Shown here in pieces: positions 42,422 through 53,102 of a stretch of 64,000 bases of DNA. Below the pieces are notes generated by a model that was given only the letters and a program-made list of their open reading frames with translations, had not been told where the DNA came from and did no database searches. Within the stretch, counting starts at the first letter, position 1; every line of letters starts with the position of its first letter. Source of the DNA: an uncultured Bacteroidota bacterium (GTDB taxonomy: Bacteria > Bacteroidota > Ignavibacteria > UBA10030); the NCBI GenBank assembly GCA_963739335.1, contig CAVUAC010000088.1, forward strand, positions 4,988 through 68,987. The letters are read 5' to 3'. Position numbers and translations under genes: made by a program.

Positions 42422-44626
42422 TCAACGAGAAGGACCAAGGAGCGTCTTCAAGATTCCATGCTTCCTGAACTTTTCGTTGAAAGTCAGGTTGTCGTGAGGA
42501 TTCTCCATCCCAGGCCGAGTGACAAATGATATCCCTGCTGAGGTACCGTCGAAATGCCCATCTGAGCTGAGAACCACCCAGTGCTCCGAGCCGAACTGTA
42601 CAAGTTGCGCCAGTGCTTTTCCACGACGGATGTCCCAGCAATAAATCCGGCCGTCTGTCCCCGCCGAAAACAGTTTCTGACTTCGAGGGCTGAAACACAA
42701 TCGACTCACTGCACCTGTGTGTGCTTCAAGAGATGCCTCCATCTTGCTTTCTCTGACATTCCACACGGCAATATCCCCTTGTGTATCACCTCTCAAGAGG
42801 AACTTCCCATCGGGGGAGAAAACGATTGACGTGGTTGGATGTTGAAGACCGGTCAGGGTCCGGACTTCAGTTCCAGTCTCAACATCCCAGAGTTTCACGT
42901 CCGGTTTCTCCTGAATGCCCTCCGCCAGAGTCTTTCCGTCTGGCGCAAACGCGAGAACGCCGACAGGACCGACCGACTTGGATATCTCGATTCTTAGTTT
43001 TGAAGTCTGTACATCCCAGATCACGATCCTCTTGTCGTAGCTGCCGGTTGCAAGGAGCTTATTGTCGGAGCTGAACGCGACGGCCGTTGCAAACCGCTTG
43101 TGTGCCTCAAGTGCGGCGAGTGATTTACCGGTATAAGGATCCCACACTTTGACGAAGCCATTATCCATTGCGGCAGCGAGCATCTTGCCGTCTGGGCTGA
43201 ATGTAAGGAGTTCCGCATGCTGTGGTGAGTTCCCTCTTCCAAGGCCGGAGAGAGCCCGAATTCTTTTCTTCAGCAAAACATCCCAAACGACCACTTCCCA
43301 GCGGCCGCTTCGGACAGCAATCGTCTTTCCGTCGCTCGAGAGCGATACGTTTTGGATATCCCCCTGCAGACTATCAGAGAACGTAGATAGTTTCTCGCGG
43401 CTCATGTCCAGGATTGCCACCTTCTTGTCGGCTCGTGCAATCGCCAGGAGACTTCCATCAGGGCTTACGGAGAGTGAGTTAATTCCCTCAACCATCCGCG
43501 GAATCGAAAGCACTTCGCCTGGTTCGAAAATGCCTGTAGTATCTCCCGAACCGGACTTGGATCTCAGTATTTCTATGGAACTCAGTGTGCTCGCAACCAC
43601 GGACTTTCCATCCGGACTGGCAACGGCACCAGTTATCGCGGCGCCCAGCGCAAGCTTCTGTGTTACCTTCCCACGTGCCCAATCAACGACATAGAATACG
43701 CCCCTGTCACCTCCGCAGAGCAAGGACTTGCCATCTGCGCTCATGGACAAAGACTTGATGATATCAGCGGACTGCATGTACTTCACGAAGTCATTCAGTT
43801 CAAAGACATCTTTTCCTGCAGTATCTTTCTTCGTAGGAATATCGGCGGGTGGTCGTCCCAACGTCAACATGATAATCCCTTTCCCATTGACAGCATCCCA
43901 CACTCTCACCTGCCCCTTTTCATCTGCAGTAGCTGCGATCACTTCTCGGCCATTGCACCTGACGGCCCAATTGAGCGATTCGTATCGCAAGGGATGTGTG
44001 TCGTCAACAACCATCCTGGATTTGATGCCCGATATCTTGATTGTCGCGTAGCCGCCGACCTTGTTGACCACAGAGTCCAGCGGATTCAAGGCCACGCTGG
44101 GGAGATCACTCGCCTGGACTTTGAACGATCGAAGAATTTGATAATCCGACAGACGCCACGTTGTCGCATCTCCGGTAGTGCTCCAACCGGTCAGCAACTC
44201 ACCATCTGGACTGAAAAAGACAGATTGGATGAAGTAACCCTTGAGACGCTGCACCAACTTCCTTTCTTGCACGTTCCAGACCTGAACACCGGACCATCCG
44301 CCTGCCGCCAGGAGCTCACCGTTCGGACTGAAGGCGACGCAATACACCGATCCTGGCTGACTTCCGAGGAAATCAGATTGCCTCCCGGTCGCCAAATCCC
44401 AGAGCAAGACAGTCCTGTCTTCACCAGCGCTCGCTATTGTTGAAGCGTCGGGGCTCATGGCAACCGCATTGATACGATCGGTATGACCGATCCACAGATC
44501 CGCCTTCGTGAAGTCAGGATTTCGCTGGGAAAAGGAGATGCTCAACGCGGCGAGGAGAGAAAGGCAGACGTGAGATGTTCGAAGATGTACAGAGGACAAA
44601 CAGACGAGAGAATCGCTACGTCGCAT
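42422..44626 (-). CDS. Exported WD40-repeat protein
   Basis: Signal-like N-terminus, many GH..V..VAFSPDG..WD repeats. Confidence 0.9.
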   Translation of the reverse strand: MRRSDSLVCLSSVHLRTSHVCLSLLAALSISFSQRNPDFTKADLWIGHTDRINAVAMSPDASTIASAGEDRTVLLWDLATGRQSDFLGSQPGSVYCVAFSPNGELLAAGGWSGVQVWNVQERKLVQRLKGYFIQSVFFSPDGELLTGWSTTGDATTWRLSDYQILRSFKVQASDLPSVALNPLDSVVNKVGGYATIKISGIKSRMVVDDTHPLRYESLNWAVRCNGREVIAATADEKGQVRVWDAVNGKGIIMLTLGRPPADIPTKKDTAGKDVFELNDFVKYMQSADIIKSLSMSADGKSLLCGGDRGVFYVVDWARGKVTQKLALGAAITGAVASPDGKSVVASTLSSIEILRSKSGSGDTTGIFEPGEVLSIPRMVEGINSLSVSPDGSLLAIARADKKVAILDMSREKLSTFSDSLQGDIQNVSLSSDGKTIAVRSGRWEVVVWDVLLKKRIRALSGLGRGNSPQHAELLTFSPDGKMLAAAMDNGFVKVWDPYTGKSLAALEAHKRFATAVAFSSDNKLLATGSYDKRIVIWDVQTSKLRIEISKSVGPVGVLAFAPDGKTLAEGIQEKPDVKLWDVETGTEVRTLTGLQHPTTSIVFSPDGKFLLRGDTQGDIAVWNVRESKMEASLEAHTGAVSRLCFSPRSQKLFSAGTDGRIYCWDIRRGKALAQLVQFGSEHWVVLSSDGHFDGTSAGISFVTRPGMENPHDNLTFNEKFRKHGILKTLLGPSR

Positions 44627-44735
44627 GGGATTCCTCCGGGCAATATGTCAATTGTCCACTCTCGAAGACCCTCGTTTAACCAATATGCCGATGCGTGGTG
44701 GGGCCATACGTAGGTTCAGTTCGCCAGTGGTTCGT

Positions 44736-46668
44736 CTACCGGGCTTTCTTTTGAAGTGACCGGAATATTCCTTCCCCGAGCGTCCCAGCCAGAATCCGTC
44801 CATTCGCGATCCTCATCAAAACTGTGGTATGCTCAGAAGGCAGGCCTGAATTCGTACGGCGCCATGCGCGACCTTCGTCTCTGGAGCTGAAGAATCTCGC
44901 CGGTATATGTCGTGGCGTAGATCGTGCCATGCGTGTCATCCATAAATGACGTCACTGTCAGTGAGGGGAAATCCACCTTTTGCCAATAAAGGCCGTTGCC
45001 TGACAGCAGATAGATACCATCTCCGTTGGTTCCTACAAGAAGCTTGCCCCGCTTTTGCTCGAAGATGGCGATCACCGGGATGTCTCGGTTGTAGATCAAT
45101 TCCCACATCTTGCCTTGATTGGAGGAGCGAAAAACTCCGCGCCTCGTGGACGCATAGACAAATCCTGTCCTCGATGGAACGATGGCAGTTATTCTTTTTT
45201 CATACAAACCACCATTTCTCTCCTGCCATGTCTCTCCACGGCTGTCTGAGATGTATATCCCCGACCCGTTGCTTCCGAGAAAAAGACAGCCCCTGTGATC
45301 TATCGCCATGGTTGAAAGTGAAACACCCTTTGGCAATCCAGATTGGAATACCGTCCAGGTTTTCCCTTTGTCATCAGATCGATAAAATTGTTGTCGACCA
45401 TATTCATCGACAATAGCATACATGAATCCCTTGGAATCCAGTTTGACGGAAAGGATATTTCCTGACTCGGGCGAAGCATGGGTCCAGCTTGTTCCATTGT
45501 TGCTGGAACAATAGATTCCACCTCCCTGTGTCCCCGCGAGAATAAGGTTCGCATTCCATTCGAGAGAAATGACGTATGGGAAAACCAGTCCGGTATTCGA
45601 CAGTCTCCAGTATTGCGCTCCGTCCGTCGAGCGATAGATGCCAAGAGAGTGAACTCCCATCAACAAGACTCCCTCCCGCGTGGCCAGAAGCGACGTAGGT
45701 TCGATGTTGCCGAGATTCCCTGCTGAAATATCGATCCAATGCCTCCCGTCGTCATCAGAGCGAATGAATTGTCCACCACCGAGGAATGCATAAACGAAAT
45801 GCTGGGACACTGCAAGCACACGAACCGGTCTGTTCCCTCCTCTCCTCAAAGCTGAAAACCAAGCGTTGCCGCCATCTGTTGAATGGAACATGTGACCGGT
45901 GTTGGTCAATGCCAAGAGGCCATTCCTTGACCCAATGGTGAGCGACTTGATCTTCAGATCACTCAACCCTTTTGCCGCTCCCATCCAGGTATCACCATTA
46001 TCGATGGATCGAAAGACTCCCTTCTCGGATGTCCCGGCGAAAAGAATCCCTGCAGAGTCAATGGCAAGTGAAGTCGGATGGAGTCCTTTGATTCCTTCAT
46101 CGAGCGTCTCCCAGCTGTGGCCGGAGTCCGTCGAACGCAGAATACAGGTGTCATCGGCACAGATGAAGACATGACCGATCCGATTGGTCACAACAGACGA
46201 AATACGCCCCCCATAAAGCGCGACAAGAGCAGGGCTCCAGGATGAGCCGTTTCTCATCACACAGAACAAGGCGCCACGGTCAGTTCCCGCGAAAATCTTT
46301 CCATCCTCCCCCACGGCAACCGAGATGATATTCTCGGCCTCCCTCGTTCTCCAATGATCGTTTGGATCCACAAGCTTCACGCTCTCCCAGGTATTTCCTT
46401 GATCATTAGACCAGAAGAAGTCTCCCCTGCTCGCCCCTGCGAATATCTCCCCTGTGGCGCTCTGTGCCAGACAGTAGATCGAGCGACCTTCGAGGCCCTT
46501 GCTACATTTCTCCCAAGCTCCAGATCGCATCTGTGCGAAACCCATTGTTGAGGATTGGATGAGACAGATCACACCAAGAATGAAGATTGCGCTACGAGTA
46601 GCCACCGATGAGCACGCAGCCATGCTCAGCCTTGGCGAAATGGAAATGAGATGCCTCGGATTCTTCAT
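44736..46668 (-). CDS. BNR/Asp-box (sortilin/YCF48-like) repeat beta-propeller protein; frameshift near 44893
   Basis: Repeated S.D.G.TW motifs; last repeat FSSRDEGRAW..GIFRS lies in the shifted frame ending at 44736; start uncertain. Confidence 0.8.
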
Positions 46669-46942
46669 TTCAACAAGTCTCGAAAGTGTATTGGCGAGCC
46701 TGAGAGGGAGAGCCGTCGGCTGCCTAGGAAGATACAAACTGCAATTTGGCTTTTTGTGCAATTCAAAGATCGGAAGCGTCTGGAGCTCAACAAATCACAG
46801 AGTGTCGTGGCGTTTCCAAAACCGTCGGGGAATCCATCCTACGAGTACGGATCAACCGCAGTTGACATGTCGCTGCGCTTGTGCATCCCAGACTCGGTCA
46901 CTTGGTGGAAGCTTCACTTTACACTCGGATCAGGCTGGTAAT

Positions 46943-47482
46943 CTATGTTCTGACAAATTCCTTCTCGGCAAGCCTAACCACGAGAACCGGGCACGGCGCA
47001 TGGCGAACCACCTTCTCAGCAGTGCTGCCAAACAGGACATGTTCCATCCCCGAGTGCCCATGCGTCGCTATGATAATCATATCGATCGATTCCTCTCCGG
47101 CGTACTGATCGATTTCGTAGAATGCCTTGCCGGTGCGCACAGCGCTCCGGGCCGGCACGCGAGTCCCAATTTCATTCCGTATGAGTACCTGCAGTTCCTC
47201 TCCCCCACGCTGTCTCAGTTCATCTTCAACAGACGGAAATCCAACCTGTCCAAAACTGAAGTCGGCCGGATAGATCGCGGGTTCGACAACATACAAAAGG
47301 TCAACAGAAGCTTTGAACTGCTCGGCGAAAGGGATGGCGTATTGGAGAGCTTTCTTGGAGTGCTCCGAAAAGTCGATCGGAACAAGTATCCGGCGCAATT
47401 CGATCCGGGAATGCTCGCGCGAGCTAGAGCGTGCCTGGCGTTTCGCGGACCGGACCGGTTGATGTCGTTTCATCTTTGCCAT
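46943..47482 (-). CDS. Universal stress protein
   Basis: ILVPIDFSE.S, IIIATHGHSG..FGSTAEKVVRHAPCPVLVVR. Confidence 0.93.
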   Translation of the reverse strand: MAKMKRHQPVRSAKRQARSSSREHSRIELRRILVPIDFSEHSKKALQYAIPFAEQFKASVDLLYVVEPAIYPADFSFGQVGFPSVEDELRQRGGEELQVLIRNEIGTRVPARSAVRTGKAFYEIDQYAGEESIDMIIIATHGHSGMEHVLFGSTAEKVVRHAPCPVLVVRLAEKEFVRT

Positions 47483-48056
47483 CGAGATCCTCCGGTGAAA
47501 TCGGTTCTCCCGTTTTCGTGTGGGAGGTGATGCGATCCAGCTGGCCCCGGATTTTCGAGAGCTCCTTGTCGGTTTTCCGAAGCCGGACAGCGAGGATTTC
47601 AGCGAGCTTCAGGACAATCTTGACGCCGAGATCGGTTTTCTGTTCGATCAATTCAAAGAGATCGGTTCTGAAGAAACCAATCAGCAGACAGTCGGTCTTG
47701 CAGATGGCCGTCGCCGAACGCGGCGATTCATCGAGCAATGCCAGTTCGCCAAAAAAGTCTCCGTCAGCGAGCACCGCAAGCTCCTTGTCTTCCCCCTCCC
47801 GTTCGGCGATACGGATGGAGACCTCTCCTTCCTGGATAACATACATCCCGAGGCCCGGGTCTCCCTGATAGAACACCGGGTCACCGGCTTTGTACTCGCG
47901 CTTGTGGACAATGGCCGCAACCCCACGCAATTCACGCGCAGAGAGGTTGTTGAATGCGGGGACTTTACTCAGGACAGCTTCGACGGTTCCATCCTGGATG
48001 CTCTTTCCGGAGAAAAGATTCCGCCAGAGAGCGCTTTCGTTCGATGAGGTTGACAC
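47424..48056 (-). CDS. Cyclic nucleotide-binding domain protein (no HTH seen)
   Basis: VFYQGDPG.GMYVI.EG.V, GDFFGELALLDESPRSATA. Confidence 0.88.
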   Translation of the reverse strand: MSTSSNESALWRNLFSGKSIQDGTVEAVLSKVPAFNNLSARELRGVAAIVHKREYKAGDPVFYQGDPGLGMYVIQEGEVSIRIAEREGEDKELAVLADGDFFGELALLDESPRSATAICKTDCLLIGFFRTDLFELIEQKTDLGVKIVLKLAEILAVRLRKTDKELSKIRGQLDRITSHTKTGEPISPEDLDGKDETTSTGPVRETPGTL

Positions 48057-48074
48057 GACTGACCTCCGTTCGAC

Positions 48075-48993
48075 TCAAACAAAATCTAACCAGTGATACT
48101 TGTCGTTCGCGTTCCGCACGACATCGAAGAACGCTTCCTGCAAACGTTTCGTGATCGGTCCAGGCTTTCCATCACCAACCGGAATCCTATCAACGGACCG
48201 TACCGGGGTTATCTCCGCTGCAGTTCCAGTGAAGAAAATCTCGTCGGCGACATAGAGCATTTCACGGGGAATGGATCCTTCGACAAGACGGAAACCAGCG
48301 TCCTCAGCCAGCTTCATGACAGAAACACGAGTGATTCCCGGTAGAATCGCTGCAATCAATGGCGGAGTGTAGATCATGTTCTCACGCACGACGAAGATGT
48401 TCTCTCCACTCCCTTCGCTAACATAGCCCTTGACATCGAGTGCTATACCTTCAGCATATCCGGCGAGTAACGCCTCCATCTTGATGAGCTGCGAACTCAG
48501 GTAATTCCCCGCGGCTTTCGACATGGTGGGGAGAGTATTCGGAGCCGGACGATTCCAAGAGGACACACCGACATCGATTCCTTGTTTGAGCGCCTCGTCC
48601 CCAAGGGTACGATCCCCATTCCCACACCGCGATCATGACATCGACGGGACTGCCGAACGGATTGACCCCCGGTTCGCCATAGCCGCGATAAGCAAGGGGC
48701 CGGATGTAACATGCCTTCAATTTGTTCGCGCGAATTGTTTCCTTAACGGCATCTGCCAGCTGCTTCTGCGTGTATGGGAGCTCTGTCCGGTACATCTTGC
48801 AGGAATCAGAGAGACGTCGCAAGTGCGCATCCAGGCGGAAAACCGCCGACCCGCGCGACGTATCATAACAACGGATTCCTTCGAACCAGCTTGATCCGTA
48901 GTGCATGGCGTGAGTCAGAACATGGACCTTGGCGTCATCCCAGTTCACCAGTTTCCCGTTCATCCAGATCTTTTCGACTTTGTTGATCGGCAT
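48075..48993 (-). CDS. ilvE: Branched-chain amino acid aminotransferase; frameshift near 48605
   Basis: [43 protein letters not shown]. Confidence 0.95.
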
Positions 48994-49037
48994 ACAATGT
49001 CCCTAAATTCTAGTTTGCTCTATGAGGAAAGTCGAGA

Positions 49038-50159
49038 CTATTTGATCGGCTTCTCATAAATACGATAACGCTTGGTGATCTTTCCATTCATAGCTTCGGC
49101 GGCTTTGACCATTCTCAGGTTGTCTTCGAGCACCCAGCTCGCTTCACCATATTGATACCCGAGTTCCCGTGCGCGGACAGCGGTTTCATAAAAGAGAACT
49201 CCCGCGGCGCCCGTGTTGACGTACTCAGGCAGGACGCCAAGCACAATGATGCGCACAAAATTAATCTCTTTCTTGCGCAAAAACAACTGCAACAGTCCCG
49301 GCAGGAGCCGACCTTTCTTGTTATACCAGAGCGGAATGTTGATATCCGGCAGTGACAGTGCAAACCCAACCGTCTTCCCGTTGCTTTCGGCGAACAGAAC
49401 CAGCCCCGGAACAATGACAGGCTTCAAGTCTTTGGCCAGTGCATCAACTTCTGCTTCCGTCATTGGCACGGCCCCCCAGTTCTTTGCCCATGCTGCATTG
49501 TAGATTGTCTTGATGATTCCCACCTCGTGCACGAATTTCTTCATGTCGACTGTTCGAATCGTGAGGTTACTCCTTGCCTTCACCAGGTTATTCGCCCGCT
49601 CAAGACGCTCGGAATAGACTGTGTCCTGGGAGAGAAGATACGCATAGAGATCCTTTGCCTTCACAAATCCGTAGTTTTCGATCAGCTTTACATAGTACGC
49701 TGGATTGTACGGCATCATGATCGTCGGGCGCTCCTCAAAACCACGGACAAGCAAGCCGGTACTCATCATTCACCGAGGGATTTGCCGGACCACGGAGAGC
49801 TGTTGCACCCCTCGCTTTGACATAATCTCGCGCTGTATCAAAGAGCACGTTCGCCACACTCTGGTCGTCGATGCATTCGAAAAATCCAAAGAACCCGATG
49901 TTCTCCTGATGCTCCTTGTTGTGATTATGGTTGATGATCGCGGCAATGCGGCCGACAATTTCTCCGCCGCGCTTTGCGACGTAGAACTCGGCATCCGCAT
50001 GCTGATAGAACGGATTCTTCTTCTTGTCCATGAGTTTCCTGCGATCCATGAGGAGGGGGGGACCCAATAGATATTCCCTTCATAAATCGTCCATAGAAAC
50101 TTAATGAACTGATCACGCTGACCATCGCTCACAACAGGTTCAATGAGGATACTACTCAT
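49038..50159 (-). CDS. GNAT-fold YghO-like acyltransferase, candidate bacterial ceramide synthase (bCerS); frameshifts near 50055 and 49758
   Basis: WVPPL, NPF, VGRIAA, GFFGFFECIDD, RGP, PYNP.YY, SWVLEDN; directly downstream of spt-like gene. Confidence 0.75.
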
Positions 50160-50208
50160 AGGTGTGCCCTTGCACGAAGAGAAATATTAGCAGGAATGGT
50201 GTCAGCAC

Positions 50209-50242
50209 AAAAAAAGCCGCCGCGCATGGCGCAGCGGCTTTT
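50209..50242 (-). terminator. Intrinsic terminator-like hairpin between spt and bcerS
   Basis: Minus strand AAAAGCCGCTGCGC-cat-GCGCGGCGGCTTTTTTT. Confidence 0.7.
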
Positions 50243-50281
50243 GAAGAACTCGTATGCATTCCGAAGGATCATCAGGCCGAC

Positions 50282-51497
50282 TCAGTTGATGGCGCCAAAC
50301 TTCTTGCCAACATCAGAGAAGACATTCAAGATCTTATCGAGATGCTCATCCTCATGTGTCGCCATGTAGCTCGTGCGGAGCATTTCCAGTCCCGGCGGCA
50401 CCCCCGGACGGATAAACGCATTGACGAACACGCCTCCCTCAAAGAGTGATTTCCACATCATCAGCACCTTTTCTGTATCGCCGATGATCACAGGGACGAC
50501 AGCCGAGTCGTGCTCTCCGATCTTGTATCCCATGCCCTTCAGCCCCTGGCGCATCTTTCGTGCGTTGCGCATAAGCTTATCAATGCGCCACGGCTCGCTC
50601 TCGAGGACGTCGAGCGCTGCCAACGCCGATGCCACGGAGGCCGGGGTCGGGCTTGCACTGAAAATCAGCGCCGGCGCATGATGCTTCAGATAGTTTATGA
50701 CGGATCGATCAGAGACGACGAATCCACCAAGAGAAGCAAAAGTCTTGCTGAACGTCCCCATTGTCATGTCCACTTGATCCTCAAGGCCGTAATGGCTCGC
50801 CGTACCCCGACCTCCCTTTCCGATGACGCCAATCGCATGGGCATCGTCGACCATGATCCGGGCGTTATACTTCTTTGCCACCTTCACCATACCCGGGAGA
50901 TCAAGGATTTCCCCGGAAGTGCTGAAGACCCCATCCGAGACAATCAGCTTCGGCGCTTCCGGCGGGAGACCGGAGATCACCGTCTCCAGGTGTTTCATAT
51001 CATTGTGCTTGTATCGGACCACCGTTTGCACATTCTTGTCGACAAGAACCCCTGCGCCGTTGGCGATGAGATTCCCCGCGACAATACAAGCATGGTTGTC
51101 CTTGTCCGAAACTACGAATTCACCAGGCTGCACGAGGGTCGGAATAATCCCCTGAGCCGTCTGGAACCCCGTGCTGAAGAGAAGGCAATCTTCCTTTCCC
51201 ATGAACTTTGCCAGGCGACGCTCGAGCTCGACGTGGAGATCCAGCGTACCCGTAAGAAAGCGTGAACCGGAACAGCCTGTGCCGTACTTCTGCACTGCTT
51301 TGATGGCCGCTTCTTTCACTTTGGGATGGGCGGTAAGGCCAAGATAGTTGTTCGATCCCGCCATGATAATCTTCCGCCCTTCGATCTGAACAACGGGCCC
51401 TTCACTTTCTTGAATCGCATGGAAGTACGGATAACACCCTGTTGCTTTCGTTTCGTCTGCAGCGCGTAAAACTCCGGCATTTATCAAAGAGATCCAA
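50282..51497 (-). CDS. spt: Alpha-oxoamine synthase, probable serine palmitoyltransferase; frameshift near 51461
   Basis: Corrected N-terminus [25 protein letters not shown]; [27 protein letters not shown]. Confidence 0.78.
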
Positions 51498-51546
51498 TGG
51501 TGCCTCAATCAGTGTGAAAAAGAAAAGGTGAAGAAAGGGTTAGATT

Positions 51547-51596
51547 TTGCTAATCAAAACTTTTTTGAATATAATTTAATAAGCAACGAAAGTCAA
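51547..51596. promoter_or_regulatory. Overlapping divergent sigma70 promoters (spt and cerR-like gene)
   Basis: Plus strand: TTGCTA-N17-TATAAT (51547-51575). Minus strand: TTGACT-N17-TATATT (51596-51568). Confidence 0.7.
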
Positions 51597-51627
51597 CGAA
51601 CTGTACGGAATTCCAAAGGAGGGATTC

Positions 51628-52611
51628 ATGGCCACCGCTCTCGTTACTGGCGGCACGGGCTTCGTCGGGAGCCACACCGTCGAGCTTCTGTTAAAGCGTG
51701 GCTTCCACGTGCAATGTCTCGTGCGCCGCAGCCGCCCAAACCTTGGGTGGGTTGAAGGCTTACCCATTGAGGTCATTCGGGCAAGTTACTATGACCTTGA
51801 CTCCCTTCGCGAAGCGGTTCAACGTGCCGACTACATTCTTCACGTCGCCGGGGTCACAAAGGCACGCAAGCAACGCGAATACAACGATGGGAATGTGCTC
51901 GCAACAAAGAATATGCTGGAAGCCGCTGCCGGGAGTCCCCGCCTCAAGAAATTCTGCTTCGTCAGCAGCTTCACCGCCGCCGGGCCCAGCCCGGACGGTT
52001 CTCCGCTGAATGAAGAATCTCCCTGCAACCCCATCACGACGTACGGCGTTACGAAACTCGAGGCAGAGACCATTTGTCAGCTTCACTCGAAAAACATCCC
52101 AATCGTTATCCTGCGTCCTCCTGCAGTCTATGGACCGAGGGACAGGGACGTCTTTGAACTATTCCGATGGGCGAGCCGTGGGATCCTCCCCCATCTCGGT
52201 ACCAAGCACAAAAGACTGAGCCTCATCTATGGCCCGGAGTTGGCACGTGCAATCGTGGACGCGACAATATCGGAGAAAACAACCGGCGAGACTTACTTCG
52301 TCGCCGATCCGGAGATCTACAATTTCGCGGATGTGATGAGCACAGCCGCGCGCATCCTTGGTAAACGAGCCCGGTCAGTGGTCATTCCAGCCGCTCTTCT
52401 TTACACCGTGGCAGGTGCGGCGGAGCTGTTCACTGCTTTCCAGTCGAAACCCGCTCTCCTCAATGTCGAGAAAGCCCGCGATCTGCTGCAAACCTCTTGG
52501 GTCTGCAGCTCCAAAAAGATCGAAGAACACATCGGCTTCCGGACTCAGGTCTCCATCGAGGATGGATTACGTCGCACGCTCGAATGGTACAGAGAGTATG
52601 GCTGGTTGTAG
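51628..52611 (+). CDS. NAD-dependent epimerase/dehydratase (extended SDR), candidate ceramide reductase CerR
   Basis: TGGTGFVG, HVAG, YGVTK (YxxxK), RPPAVYGPRD; divergent from spt. Confidence 0.8.
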   Translation: MATALVTGGTGFVGSHTVELLLKRGFHVQCLVRRSRPNLGWVEGLPIEVIRASYYDLDSLREAVQRADYILHVAGVTKARKQREYNDGNVLATKNMLEAAAGSPRLKKFCFVSSFTAAGPSPDGSPLNEESPCNPITTYGVTKLEAETICQLHSKNIPIVILRPPAVYGPRDRDVFELFRWASRGILPHLGTKHKRLSLIYGPELARAIVDATISEKTTGETYFVADPEIYNFADVMSTAARILGKRARSVVIPAALLYTVAGAAELFTAFQSKPALLNVEKARDLLQTSWVCSSKKIEEHIGFRTQVSIEDGLRRTLEWYREYGWL

Positions 52612-52772
52612 TGTCGGTCTCGCGCGAGCAGGAGTGACCTCAGCTGGAGGAGTCTATGCAGAATTGCGTTTTAGCGTTCGTTGGACGGGTTGCGGCAGTA
52701 TGGTGACAATCGAAAAGGCTGAGGTGAGACGTTATACAGCGGGGAAGAAGACGGAGTAACTGAAAGGAGGAA

Positions 52773-53102
52773 TCAACCTACGTCGAAAGAAAACGTGTCA
52801 TTGCACGACACCAGTTCATCTCCGTGAGAACCGTAGATTCGGTACTCCACGCGATCTCCCGCCTGGAAGGATCCCATGTTCATCACCCAGTAGGAATTGT
52901 TGCGCTGCTCGCTGTTTGAATGCCATTGAGCTGGCATCTTGCAGAAGAGCTCTCTCCCGTCGGAGGTGTACAGGGTAATCTCAAGCCACACAGACTGTCC
53001 GCCTTCAACCGGATACGTTCCTATCCACAACTCCACCTCCTGACCCGCTGAAACGTATTCTGGAATGCGGGAAGCGTCAACCGTGTTGTGCCAGATGACC
53101 AT
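52773..53102 (-). CDS. Small stand-alone Ig-like / carbohydrate-binding-like domain protein
   Basis: Strong RBS GGAGGAGG; WH.T.DA.R.P..IGTYP.E.GQSVW..NSYW..G.F..GDRV.Y. Confidence 0.65.
   Translation of the reverse strand: MVIWHNTVDASRIPEYVSAGQEVELWIGTYPVEGGQSVWLEITLYTSDGRELFCKMPAQWHSNSEQRNNSYWVMNMGSFQAGDRVEYRIYGSHGDELVSCNDTFSFDVG

Larger units (their letters stand above)
42393..46942. mobile_element. Putative genomic islet inserted at the 3' end of usp
   Basis: Bounded by two versions of the usp 3' end; carries two beta-propeller genes; no integrase recognised. Confidence 0.5.

Noticed and set aside
46499-47530. 343-aa plus-strand ORF
   Set aside because: Antisense shadow of usp and the BNR gene with no recognisable motif; the same applies to most short overlapping ORFs in the track
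15507-51497. Widespread pseudogenisation or programmed frameshifting of uvrA, porU, porV, rpiB, ilvE and spt
   Set aside because: Isolated 1-nt indels with both halves fully conserved, no slippery heptamers, and strong motif bias; a sequencing artefact is more parsimonious
50282-51497. Annotation as bioF or kbl
   Set aside because: GTFSK motif, YPYF N-terminus and bCerS/CerR-like neighbours favour Spt; no biotin or tdh genes nearby
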